42,039 nt of DNA from an uncultured Candidatus Saccharibacteria bacterium (GTDB taxonomy: Bacteria; Patescibacteriota; Minisyncoccia; Phycocordibacterales; Phycocordibacteraceae), in the NCBI GenBank assembly GCA_964434255.1, contig CAYSUL010000001.1:269683-311721 (forward strand), written 5' to 3'. The notes beneath the pieces are model-generated. The model ran no database searches and had not been told where the DNA came from. It was given only the letters and a program-made list of their open reading frames with translations. Position 1 is the stretch's first letter. Each line of letters opens with the position of its first letter. The position numbers were made by a program, and so were the translations under genes. Below are positions 33,406 to 42,039 of this stretch, piece after piece.

Positions 33406-36400
33406 ATGGCTGAAACCGAGAAAACAGAGGCAGTGAGACGGGAAGAAAAGATACTGGCGTTCTGGCAAGAACGAAGTATTTTCGATAAGTCTCTCGAGAA
33501 GCCGGCTCCTAAGGGCGACTTCGTCTTCTACGAAGGTCCACCGACCGCGAACGGCCGCCCAGGCGTCCATCATATGGAGTCTCGCTCCTTCAAGGACGCG
33601 ATACCGCGGTACAAGACGATGCGAGGGTATCGTGTCCCGCGCCGCGCTGGCTGGGACACGCACGGCCTCCCAGTCGAACTCGAGGTGGAGAAGCAGCTCG
33701 GCTTCTCGGGCAAGCAGGACATCGAGAAGTACGGGATAGCGGAATTCAATAAGAAGTGTCGGGAGAGCGTATTTAACTACATCAATGAGTGGGAGAAGTT
33801 TTCCGAGCGTATCGCATACTGGGCCGATCAGAAGAAGGCGTACTTCACGTTCGATGCTCCGTACATGGAGTCCCTCTTCAGTATCTTCAAGAAGGTGAGT
33901 GATGATGGGCGCGTGTATAAGGACTATCGGGTGGTGCCGTGGTGCGTACAGTGCGGAACAGCGCTCTCTTCGCACGAGCTTGCGCAGGGGTATGAGGAGG
34001 TGAAGGACCTCTCCCTTACGGCGAAGTTTAAATTGTCTCCCGGTCAAAAGTGGAATGGAGGGCTAACAAATCTTCCTGAAGATACCTATCTTCTTGCTTG
34101 GACTACCACGCCATGGACGTTGCCGGGCAATGTGGCTCTCGCCGTGAATCCGGCGATTGAATATGTTCTCTGGACGCACGAGCAGGCCAATTACGTCATC
34201 GCTAAGGATTTAGCTTCTAAGCATTTCCCCGAGTTCGATGCGTCAAAAGCGCAAAGTATAGACACATTGGTAGGACTCAAGTCCGAACCCCTCTATCCAT
34301 ACGCGCATCAGCTCGCTCCGGGAACCGAAGTCCCCAAATTCGAGAATGCATTCCAGGTGTATGCAGCCGATTTCGTCACCGCGGAAGACGGTACCGGCAT
34401 CGTCCACACTGCGGTGATGTACGGCCAGGACGACTTCGAGCTCGGCCAGAAGCTCAGTCTGCCTAAGGTGCACCTCGTCGCTCCGGACGGGACCTTCATC
34501 GCAGGTACTGGATTCCTCGAGGGCGCATCGGTCATCGATCCCGAGACGAACATCGCGGTGCTGAAAGACCTTCAGGCGAAGGGCCTCTACTTCTCGAAAG
34601 AGAACTATACGCACTCGTACCCGCATTGCTGGCGCTCGAAGAACCGCCTCATATACTACGCGCGCGATTCCTGGTACATCCGGATGACCGAGCTCAAGGA
34701 TGAGCTCATCAAGGAGAACCAGAAGGTCTCGTGGGAACCAAGCCACATACGCGACGGAAGGATGGGCGAGTGGCTCGCGAATGTCCGGGACTGGGCGATA
34801 TCCCGCGAACGCTATTGGGGAACTCCGCTCCCGATATGGGAGACCGCTGATGGTAGTGAACGGATAGTGATCGGATCCGTCGATGAGCTCAAGAGCCGTA
34901 CGAAGAAGAGCGGTAACCAATACTTCGCGATGCGCCACGGAGAGGCCGAGAGCAATGCCCAGAACGTGGTATCGTGCGACCCGCACGCATCGTATTCGCT
35001 CACTGCGCGCGGGAAGGAACAGGTAAAAGCCGCAGCCGAGAACATGCTCCCGGTAGGCATAACCCGTATCTATTCCTCTCCGTGCGTGCGAACGCAGGAG
35101 AGCGCGAAGGTGGTTGCGGAAGCTCTCGGACTGCCAGCGGACGCCGTCGTCACCGACGCGCGGCTGAACGAGCTTGATTTCGGCGACTTCAACGGGAAAT
35201 CATTCGATGACTTCATGGCGTATAAGGAAGAGCACATGCGCGACTACGGTGTGCGCCTGCCGAACGGCGAAAGCTATCTCGACGTGAAGCGCCGCGTGGG
35301 GGAATTCCTTTACGATATCGAATCGACCTTGCGCAAAGAACGCATTCTCATCGTGACGCATGGGGTGGGGCTCGAAACCATAGGCGCCGCAGCGCAGGGA
35401 GCGAGCCGTGCGGAGTCGACCGAGCGCGCATTCGCTCCGAAGAGTGAGTTCGCCATCATCGAGAAGCTCGATTTCGTTCCGCTTCCGCACAACGACGACT
35501 ATGAACTCGACCTCCATCGTCCGTATATAGATGACGTAGTGCTCATTGCGGAGTCGGGCGCAGAGATGCACCGAGTAAAAGAGGTGATGGATGTATGGTT
35601 CGACTCGGGCGCGATGCCGTTCGCGCAGGACCACTATCCGTTCGAGAACAAGGAGCGCCTGGAAAAGCACGGGTACCCGGCTGACTTCATATCAGAAGCC
35701 ATCGACCAGACGCGTGGCTGGTTCTACACGCTGCTCGCCGTCGGCGTGCTCATGGGACGCGGAACGGCGTACAAGAACGTCATCTGCCTTGGGCACCTGC
35801 TCGATGAAAGCGGCCAGAAGATGTCGAAGTCGAAGGGGAACATTGTGAACCCCTGGGATGCGATAGAGCAGTACGGCGTCGATACGCTGCGTCTCTGGAT
35901 GTTCAGTGTGAACCAGCCGGGCGACTCGAAGAACTTCGATGACAAGACCATGAAGGAAGCCGCTCGTGTCATCTCCTGGCTCGACAATAGCGCCAAGTTC
36001 TACGAACTCTTCAAGGACGGAGCGGGAGCGGGGGAGAAGACCGCGATGGATCACTGGATGGATGCGCGCACCACAAGCACGGTGCGAGCGGTCACGGAGT
36101 ATATGGATACGTACAAACTGTACGAAGCGACGCGCGAGATACGCGTGCTGCTGGAGGACCTTTCGCAATGGTACGTGCGCCGTATCCGCGACCGTGCGCG
36201 CGACGGCGATGCTGCAGCACTCTCGACCCTTAAAGAAACGCTCCGTACCATCGCGCTCCTTATCGCTCCATTCTCCCCATTCGTTGCCGAAGACGTATTT
36301 CAGCTCGTGAAGGGTGGAGAAGACCCAGAGAGCGTGCATCTAGCTGATTGGCCGACCACCTCGCTTACCATCGTCGACAGGGTGTTCGGCCATGAGAGCA

Positions 36401-36801
36401 AGAGCGAGAAGCTCATAGAAGGAATGGCACGCGTCCGTACGCTTGCTTCCGAAGCGCTCATGCTCCGCCAGAAGGCGAACGTGAAAGTGCGTCAGCCGCT
36501 CGCGAGCCTTTCCATCAGCGGCTCCCTTTCTCCTGAACTGGCCGCTATACTCGCCGACGAAGTGAATGTGCGGGATATCATCATGGACACGTCCGAAGTC
36601 TCTCTCGATACGAATATCACCCCAGAGCTCGCAGCGGAGGGGGACGAGCGTACGTTCCAGCGTGCGGTCGCCGAGGCTCGCAAGGCCGAGGGCTTTACGC
36701 AGAAGGACACGGTACGGGTAGAGAGGATCGAAGCGGGTACGCACGTCGCGGAACTCTCGACCGGGACGGTGCGCTTCTCGCTTTCTCGGGATGCAGCATA
36801 A
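33406..36801 (+). CDS. ileS: isoleucine--tRNA ligase (type 2) with inserted histidine-phosphatase domain
   Basis: [71 protein letters not shown] insert at about 34915-35480. Confidence 0.96.
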   Translation: MAETEKTEAVRREEKILAFWQERSIFDKSLEKPAPKGDFVFYEGPPTANGRPGVHHMESRSFKDAIPRYKTMRGYRVPRRAGWDTHGLPVELEVEKQLGFSGKQDIEKYGIAEFNKKCRESVFNYINEWEKFSERIAYWADQKKAYFTFDAPYMESLFSIFKKVSDDGRVYKDYRVVPWCVQCGTALSSHELAQGYEEVKDLSLTAKFKLSPGQKWNGGLTNLPEDTYLLAWTTTPWTLPGNVALAVNPAIEYVLWTHEQANYVIAKDLASKHFPEFDASKAQSIDTLVGLKSEPLYPYAHQLAPGTEVPKFENAFQVYAADFVTAEDGTGIVHTAVMYGQDDFELGQKLSLPKVHLVAPDGTFIAGTGFLEGASVIDPETNIAVLKDLQAKGLYFSKENYTHSYPHCWRSKNRLIYYARDSWYIRMTELKDELIKENQKVSWEPSHIRDGRMGEWLANVRDWAISRERYWGTPLPIWETADGSERIVIGSVDELKSRTKKSGNQYFAMRHGEAESNAQNVVSCDPHASYSLTARGKEQVKAAAENMLPVGITRIYSSPCVRTQESAKVVAEALGLPADAVVTDARLNELDFGDFNGKSFDDFMAYKEEHMRDYGVRLPNGESYLDVKRRVGEFLYDIESTLRKERILIVTHGVGLETIGAAAQGASRAESTERAFAPKSEFAIIEKLDFVPLPHNDDYELDLHRPYIDDVVLIAESGAEMHRVKEVMDVWFDSGAMPFAQDHYPFENKERLEKHGYPADFISEAIDQTRGWFYTLLAVGVLMGRGTAYKNVICLGHLLDESGQKMSKSKGNIVNPWDAIEQYGVDTLRLWMFSVNQPGDSKNFDDKTMKEAARVISWLDNSAKFYELFKDGAGAGEKTAMDHWMDARTTSTVRAVTEYMDTYKLYEATREIRVLLEDLSQWYVRRIRDRARDGDAAALSTLKETLRTIALLIAPFSPFVAEDVFQLVKGGEDPESVHLADWPTTSLTIVDRVFGHESKSEKLIEGMARVRTLASEALMLRQKANVKVRQPLASLSISGSLSPELAAILADEVNVRDIIMDTSEVSLDTNITPELAAEGDERTFQRAVAEARKAEGFTQKDTVRVERIEAGTHVAELSTGTVRFSLSRDAA

Positions 36802-37342
36802 GTACGTAACCCGGGCGGTGGTTCTCTCGCGTGCTCCGGTGAAGGAAGTCGGTGCGGTCGTAACGCTCCTGACTCAAGACTTGGGCCTCGTGCGCGCTCG
36901 GGCCGAAGGGCTCAGACGTTCGGGCGCGAAACTCGCGCATGCGCTTCAGACTCTTTCGGAAGTCGAGCTTACGGTGCTGCGCGGGAAAGAAGGGTGGCGG
37001 CTCTCAGGCGCAGTGCTCGTCGAGCCATGGTTCCAGAAGTTATCGCCCGCCGCACGCACGCGGGCAGGGAAGCGCGCCAGCCTCATCCTCCGCCTCGTGC
37101 AGGGTGAGACGGTGGATGCGCAACTGTACGATACGTTCATCGGGTTCTTGAATGAGCTTGCGACTGGCGGTGATACGGAACAGGACCGTGCCGAGCTCTT
37201 CGCGACGCTCAAGATACTTTCCATACTTGGCCACGATGATGGGCCGTTCCCGAGCGCGGAAGAGGTGAAAGCGCTCGCCAAGGAGGAGCGTCTCGCGCTC
37301 ATCAGTCGCATAAATCGGGGGCTTGAGGCGTCAGGGCTTTAA
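36791..37342 (+). CDS. recO: DNA repair protein RecO (short form)
   Basis: T.AVVL....KE....[26 protein letters not shown]-terminal OB fold. Confidence 0.8.
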   Translation: MQHKYVTRAVVLSRAPVKEVGAVVTLLTQDLGLVRARAEGLRRSGAKLAHALQTLSEVELTVLRGKEGWRLSGAVLVEPWFQKLSPAARTRAGKRASLILRLVQGETVDAQLYDTFIGFLNELATGGDTEQDRAELFATLKILSILGHDDGPFPSAEEVKALAKEERLALISRINRGLEASGL

Positions 37343-37366
37343 ACACGTACGGTATACTGGGTTTTA

Positions 37367-39253
37367 ATGCCCGCAGCTGACAATAGGAGCCCGCTCGAGA
37401 GGATGCAGGAGCGCCTCTATGCGCCCAAGAAGAACACTTCGTTCGAGGTTCCAGCCCTCGCTGCGGACGCGCAGCCGCAGGAACCCGAGCGCTGGCAGGC
37501 ACCTCCGCCTCCTCCGCCGAAGAAGCCTGGTCTTCCCCGCTCCGTTCTTTTCCTTATCGGTGCCGGAACATTCTTCGCAATTGCGCTTATCGTAGCGGGG
37601 GGACTCATCATCTTCGGAGGACGCACCGTCTCGACCGAGAATGTGGCCATAGGCGTGCGGGGACCTACCACCATCGGGAGCGGCGACACGGTCGAGCTGC
37701 TGATCACGGTAGAGAATGAGAATCCGGTACCGCTTTCAGGAACGACGCTCTCGGTGGATTTCCCGGAGGGTACGCGTTCAGCGGACGATAAAGCCGACAT
37801 GTTCTCGCACTACAGCGACACGCTCGGGGACCTGCCCGCAGGCGGGAAGGGGGAGCGCACGGTGCGCGCCGTGCTTTTCGGATCGGAAGGCCAGAAGGTA
37901 ATCCTTCCTATCCGGTTCGAATACCGGACGCCCGGTTCCAACTCAGCTTTCATAAAAGAGGAGACATACGAATTCACCATAACCACGTCACCGCTCTCGG
38001 TGTCTATCGGCGCGCTGTCTGCGGTCTCGGCAGGGCAACCGTTCTCGATAGCGGTCGCTGTCCGCTCGAACGCCGCTACCCCACTTATGAACGCTGCGCT
38101 GCTTGCGGAGTATCCTCCCGGGTTCGTCGTGACCGAGTCAGTTCCGGCTCCAGTGAGCGGCTCACTGTTCGATTTGGGTACCGTCGCTCCGGGAGAGGAG
38201 AAAGTCGTGCGTATCACCGGACGCATCTCGGGGGAGGATAGGGATACACGCGTATTCAGGTTCACGACCGGAACGCGTGCGAGCGCGGACGCCACCACGC
38301 TTGCCGTTTCGTACACGACCGCGCAGGCGTCAGTGGTTGTCGAGAAGCCGTTCCTGGCGCCCACCCTCTCGCTCAATCGGGACACGACCGGGAACATAAC
38401 GCTCTCGCCCGGCCTTCCGGTCGACGGGGTATTGTCTTGGGTGAATACGCTCACGACCCCTATTCAGGACGCGGAGATACGCATCAAGCTGAGCGGCAAT
38501 GCGCTCGATCCCGAGAGCATCACCACTGCGAACGGCTTCTACCGCTCCTCCGACTCCACCATCACGTTCGCGAGCGAGACCATTCCCGCGCTTGCTCAAG
38601 TCGGCCCTGGCCAGACCGGCAATGGATCGTTCCGCTTCGCGACGAAGTCCGGCGCGGGAGCAGCCGCATTGCGTAACCCGACAGTCGAGCTCATCATCTC
38701 GGTCGCCGGGAGAAGGCTCAACGAACGGAACGTCCCAATGAACGTCTCTTCGACCATCACGCGCACGCTCAAGATGGAGACCGAGCTCTCGCTTGAGTCG
38801 AGCGCACTGCGCACCAAGGGACCGTTCACGAATACCGGGCCGTGGCCACCGAAAGCCGACAGCGAGACGACGTACACCGTTCAGTGGACGCTCGCTAACT
38901 CGGTGAATTCCGTGGGCGGCGCGACCGTCACCGCCACGCTGCCGTCATACGTGAAGTACACAGGGCAGATAAGCCCGAGCGGGAGCAATATCACGTACAA
39001 CGATACCTCGAGGACGGTCACCTGGAACGCGGGCGACGTGCCGCCGGGCACCGCTAGCAAGACCGCGTACTTCCAGGTGTCGCTCCTTCCAAGCGCGTCC
39101 CAGCGCGCCACCTCGCCCGTCATCGTGAACCCGACGAGCTATTCAGGCACGGATAGGTTCACGGGCAATAAGGTTATGGGAGCAACATCTGCGCTCACGA
39201 CCCACATCGATAACGACCCGGCTTGGAATCCGGGTGCTGGCCAAGTACAGTAG
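37367..39253 (+). CDS. large membrane-anchored surface protein with tandem Ig-like (DUF11-like) beta domains
   Basis: Pro-rich N-terminus, TM helix, then repeated Thr/Ser-rich beta-strand modules (LGDLPAG, LGTVAPGE, WNAGDVPPG). Confidence 0.75.
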   Translation: MPAADNRSPLERMQERLYAPKKNTSFEVPALAADAQPQEPERWQAPPPPPPKKPGLPRSVLFLIGAGTFFAIALIVAGGLIIFGGRTVSTENVAIGVRGPTTIGSGDTVELLITVENENPVPLSGTTLSVDFPEGTRSADDKADMFSHYSDTLGDLPAGGKGERTVRAVLFGSEGQKVILPIRFEYRTPGSNSAFIKEETYEFTITTSPLSVSIGALSAVSAGQPFSIAVAVRSNAATPLMNAALLAEYPPGFVVTESVPAPVSGSLFDLGTVAPGEEKVVRITGRISGEDRDTRVFRFTTGTRASADATTLAVSYTTAQASVVVEKPFLAPTLSLNRDTTGNITLSPGLPVDGVLSWVNTLTTPIQDAEIRIKLSGNALDPESITTANGFYRSSDSTITFASETIPALAQVGPGQTGNGSFRFATKSGAGAAALRNPTVELIISVAGRRLNERNVPMNVSSTITRTLKMETELSLESSALRTKGPFTNTGPWPPKADSETTYTVQWTLANSVNSVGGATVTATLPSYVKYTGQISPSGSNITYNDTSRTVTWNAGDVPPGTASKTAYFQVSLLPSASQRATSPVIVNPTSYSGTDRFTGNKVMGATSALTTHIDNDPAWNPGAGQVQ

Positions 39254-39258
39254 TCTTC

Positions 39259-40593
39259 ATGGATAAGGTACCGGTCACCCTCGACACCATCGTCTCGCTC
39301 GCGAAGCGGCGCGGCTTCGTGTTCCCGGGGTCCGAGATATATGGCGGCCTCGCTGGCACCTTCGACTATGGCCCCCTCGGTGTCGCCCTCAAGAAGAACA
39401 TCGAGAATCTCTGGTGGAGCATGTTCGTGGACTCGCGCGATGACATGTACGGCCTCGATGCGGCCATCCTCATGAATCCGAAGGCGTGGGAAGCGTCAGG
39501 CCATGTTTCTGGATTCAGTGATCCGCTCGTCGAGTGCACGAACTGCAAGAAGCGCTTCCGTGCGGACCACCTCGAAAGCCCGGACGTGTGCCCATCGTGC
39601 GGAAAGAAGGGAACGCTCGGCGAGACGCGCCAGTTCAACATGATGTTCGCGACGAAAGCGGGCGCGACTGAAGATGAGTCGGCCACTGTGTATCTGCGAC
39701 CCGAGACCGCAGGCGGCATCTTCGTGAACTTTAAGAACGTCGTCGATAGCTTCCATCCGAAGCTTCCCTTCGGTATCGCGCAGATAGGGAAGGCATTCCG
39801 GAACGAGATAGCGCCGCGCGAGTTCGTATTCCGCGTACGCGAACTCGAGCAGATGGAGGTGGAGTATTTCGTACGTCCAGGTGAATGGGAGGTCGCCTTC
39901 GAGGAATGGCGCACCGGCATGCTCGCGTTCGCGAAGGAGCTCGGCCTTCCGACCGATGCGCTGCATGAGCTTGAGGTCACTCCCGAGGATCGCGCGCACT
40001 ATAGCAAGCGCACCATCGATTTCGAGTTCGATTACCCGTTCGGTCGCAAAGAGCTGTGGGGACTCGCGTACAGGACCGACTTCGATCTTGCAGCGCACCA
40101 GGAGCACTCGGGCGCAAAGCTCGAATACCTCGATGAGTCGACCGGGGAGAAATTCCTTCCGCATGTCATCGAGCCATCGCTCGGTGTCGGTCGCACCATG
40201 CTCGCGGCGCTTGTGTCCGCATATCACGAGGATGAGCTCGGTAGCGAGACGCGCATCGTGCTTAAACTACCGGCGAAGATAGCTCCCATCAAGGCGATGG
40301 TATCGCCGCTCCTGAAGAACAAGCCGGAGCTCGTCGAGAAGGCGAAGGAGGTGCGTCGTACGCTCCAGAAGATACATCCCGCTATCGCTTGGGACGATAA
40401 CGGGAATATCGGCAAGCGGTACCGCCGCCAGGACGAGATAGGTACGCCGTTCTGCATCACTATCGATTTCGATACGCTCGGCGAGACGCCGGAACTCAAG
40501 GATACGGTCACGCTCCGCCATCGCGATAGTGGGGAGCAGGAGCGTCTTTCCATAGAGGAGGTCGGGGACCGCATACGTCAAGCGCTCGGGTAG
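39259..40593 (+). CDS. glyQS: glycine--tRNA ligase (alpha2 type)
   Basis: KRRGFVFPGSEIYGG, DYGPLG, WEASGH, YLRPETA, AQIGKAFRNEI, IEPSLG, IGKRYRRQDEIGTP. Confidence 0.96.
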   Translation: MDKVPVTLDTIVSLAKRRGFVFPGSEIYGGLAGTFDYGPLGVALKKNIENLWWSMFVDSRDDMYGLDAAILMNPKAWEASGHVSGFSDPLVECTNCKKRFRADHLESPDVCPSCGKKGTLGETRQFNMMFATKAGATEDESATVYLRPETAGGIFVNFKNVVDSFHPKLPFGIAQIGKAFRNEIAPREFVFRVRELEQMEVEYFVRPGEWEVAFEEWRTGMLAFAKELGLPTDALHELEVTPEDRAHYSKRTIDFEFDYPFGRKELWGLAYRTDFDLAAHQEHSGAKLEYLDESTGEKFLPHVIEPSLGVGRTMLAALVSAYHEDELGSETRIVLKLPAKIAPIKAMVSPLLKNKPELVEKAKEVRRTLQKIHPAIAWDDNGNIGKRYRRQDEIGTPFCITIDFDTLGETPELKDTVTLRHRDSGEQERLSIEEVGDRIRQALG

Positions 40594-40667
40594 ATTGACA
40601 TTATCGTCCAACGGGTGTGTTCTATGGTTTGGCGCGCTCATGCGCACGAACATTCACGGAGGCCATC

Positions 40668-41087
40668 ATGGCAAAAGAAAAAGCCTCCGCGACCGAGCGG
40701 ACGGTTCGGTGGGCGGTTCTGGTATTCGCAGCAGTATGCGTCGCGGCAGGGTTCGCCGGCACTAATGCCCTGCACGCAGAAGAGGCATCGCTTACCCCAC
40801 CCGAAACGACCGTTTTCGTCGGGGATCTGCAGGACGCGAAGGTGCTCTTCTTCTTTTCAACCGCCATGTATGAAGGCGCTGAGCAGCCCTTCGAGATAGA
40901 CCGACCGGTCTATGTGCGGGGAGACCTGGCGGAAGCGCTCGCGCGTTCGCTCGTAACTCGTGCACGGATCGTAGAGGTCTGCAGCCTCGTGCACATCAGT
41001 CAGGGGGTCTACGTGGCTCCGGCGAATGGCGAGCGGAAGAAACACTGCAAGTCCTTTATCCCGGTGGTCGAGCAAGGGACCAAATAA
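40668..41087 (+). CDS. hypothetical secreted protein
   Basis: GGAGG Shine-Dalgarno, signal-peptide-like N-terminus (…ALHA), terminator at 41091-41118. Confidence 0.6.
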   Translation: MAKEKASATERTVRWAVLVFAAVCVAAGFAGTNALHAEEASLTPPETTVFVGDLQDAKVLFFFSTAMYEGAEQPFEIDRPVYVRGDLAEALARSLVTRARIVEVCSLVHISQGVYVAPANGERKKHCKSFIPVVEQGTK

Positions 41088-41172
41088 AAGAAAGGGTCGT
41101 CTTAGGACGGCCCTTTTGCATTTTCGGCCCGTATTTCCTATGGTGTGCTAGCATTTACTGAAATCACCCTCT

Positions 41173-42039
41173 ATGGATAAGAACACCACCATCTCGATAA
41201 CCACCGGCACCGTCGTACGGGTGATACTCGTGCTCGCCGCAGCCTATGCGCTCTGGACGCTCCGCGACCTCTTCCTCCTCGTCGTGACCGCTATCGTGCT
41301 CGCCTCCGCTATCGAGCCAGGCGTCGCGTTCTTCGTGAAGCATAGGCTTCCACGCGTCGTAGCAGTGACGATGATGTATGCGGTGGTGTTCGGATCCCTG
41401 TTCGGGGTCATCTACGCGTTCTTCCCGCCGATTCTTGAGGATACGCAGAACTTCCTCCTCTCCGCTCCGCAGTACCTCAATACGCTTAACCTTCCAGCGT
41501 CGCTCACGAGCTTGACCGACGCAAGCGTGGTCGCGGCAGGGGAGAACCAGGCACAGTCCATCCTCAATACGCTCTTCGCGTTCCGCTCCGCATTCACGGA
41601 CGCGTCCGGCGGCGTCGTACGTATCGTCTCGACCTTCTTCGGCGGCATCTTCGCGCTGATACTGGTCATCGTCCTCTCGTTCTATTTCGCCATACAGGAG
41701 ACCGGTGTCGATGATTTCATCCGTCTCGTGACGCCCGTGAAGCACGAGGAGTACGTCATTGATCTCTGGCTGCGCGCTAAGAAGAAGATAGGGTTATGGA
41801 TGCAAGGACAGTTACTGTTATCACTCATCGTCGGTGTCATCGTGTATCTGGGCCTCCTCATTCTCGGTGTCCCGTACGCACTCCTGCTCGCGGTCATCGC
41901 GGCGGTCCTCGACCTCATCCCGATATTCGGTTCGTTCATCGCGGGCATCTTCGCGGTCATCGTCGCGTTCGGTTCAGGCGGCTTCGCGCTCGCACTCATC
42001 GTTGCCGGCCTCTTCTTCGTCGTGAACCAGTTCGAGGCG
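41173..42039 (+). CDS. AI-2E (PerM) family transporter, 3' end runs off the window
   Basis: Own translation: MDKNTTISITTGTVVRVILVLAAAYALWTLRDLFLLVVTAIVLASAIEPGV…, later IGLWMQGQLLLSLIVG and LDLIPIFGS. Open to the window end. Confidence 0.88.
   Translation, partial: MDKNTTISITTGTVVRVILVLAAAYALWTLRDLFLLVVTAIVLASAIEPGVAFFVKHRLPRVVAVTMMYAVVFGSLFGVIYAFFPPILEDTQNFLLSAPQYLNTLNLPASLTSLTDASVVAAGENQAQSILNTLFAFRSAFTDASGGVVRIVSTFFGGIFALILVIVLSFYFAIQETGVDDFIRLVTPVKHEEYVIDLWLRAKKKIGLWMQGQLLLSLIVGVIVYLGLLILGVPYALLLAVIAAVLDLIPIFGSFIAGIFAVIVAFGSGGFALALIVAGLFFVVNQFEA

Noticed and set aside
41164-42025. Track ORFs at the right end of the window
   Set aside because: They are alternative frames of an AI-2E transporter gene (41173 onward) that the track missed because it has no stop codon in the window.
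1-42039. CRISPR array, rRNA, transposase, integrase or prophage
   Set aside because: No regularly spaced direct repeats or such coding motifs were seen. The long inverted repeats are unique in sequence and sit at gene ends, consistent with terminators.

Overview
A 42-kb chromosomal segment of a compact bacterial genome, most likely Patescibacteria/CPR of the Parcubacteria group. This is inferred from the pilM/pilB genes, rplK not followed by rplA, an alpha2-type GlyRS, an IleRS with a phosphatase insertion, a MurE with an EDPY motif and a free-standing LAGLIDADG gene beside a tRNA. TGA is used as a stop codon. Most genes are housekeeping: yebC (partial), ruvB, ruvA, yqgF, recO, polA, holA, tsaE, murE, rpsT, rplS, secE-nusG-rplK, uppS, argS, ileS, glyQS, type IV pilus genes and 9 tRNA genes. 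Main points of interest: (1) an AT-richer folate/thymidylate cluster (24.3-31.4 kb) in which a divergent thymidylate synthase lacking two phosphate-binding arginines sits with an HIGH-motif nucleotidyltransferase, a deaminase carrying a degenerate HIGH-like N-terminal domain and an HxHxQ HIT protein, a candidate non-canonical dTMP or nucleotide-modification pathway; (2) an unannotated ~280-nt highly structured intergenic RNA candidate with its own sigma70-type promoter and terminator (about 1130-1409); (3) pervasive TANNNT-N6-9-ATG leaderless-type starts on core genes versus strong Shine-Dalgarno sites on orphan genes; (4) an IleRS with a GVHH signature and an inserted histidine-phosphatase domain; (5) a tRNA-Arg(GCG), a PilB lacking its four zinc cysteines and two small ORFs missed by the ORF track. 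No CRISPR array, rRNA, transposase or integrase was seen. All assignments come from reading motifs by eye; no searches were run.
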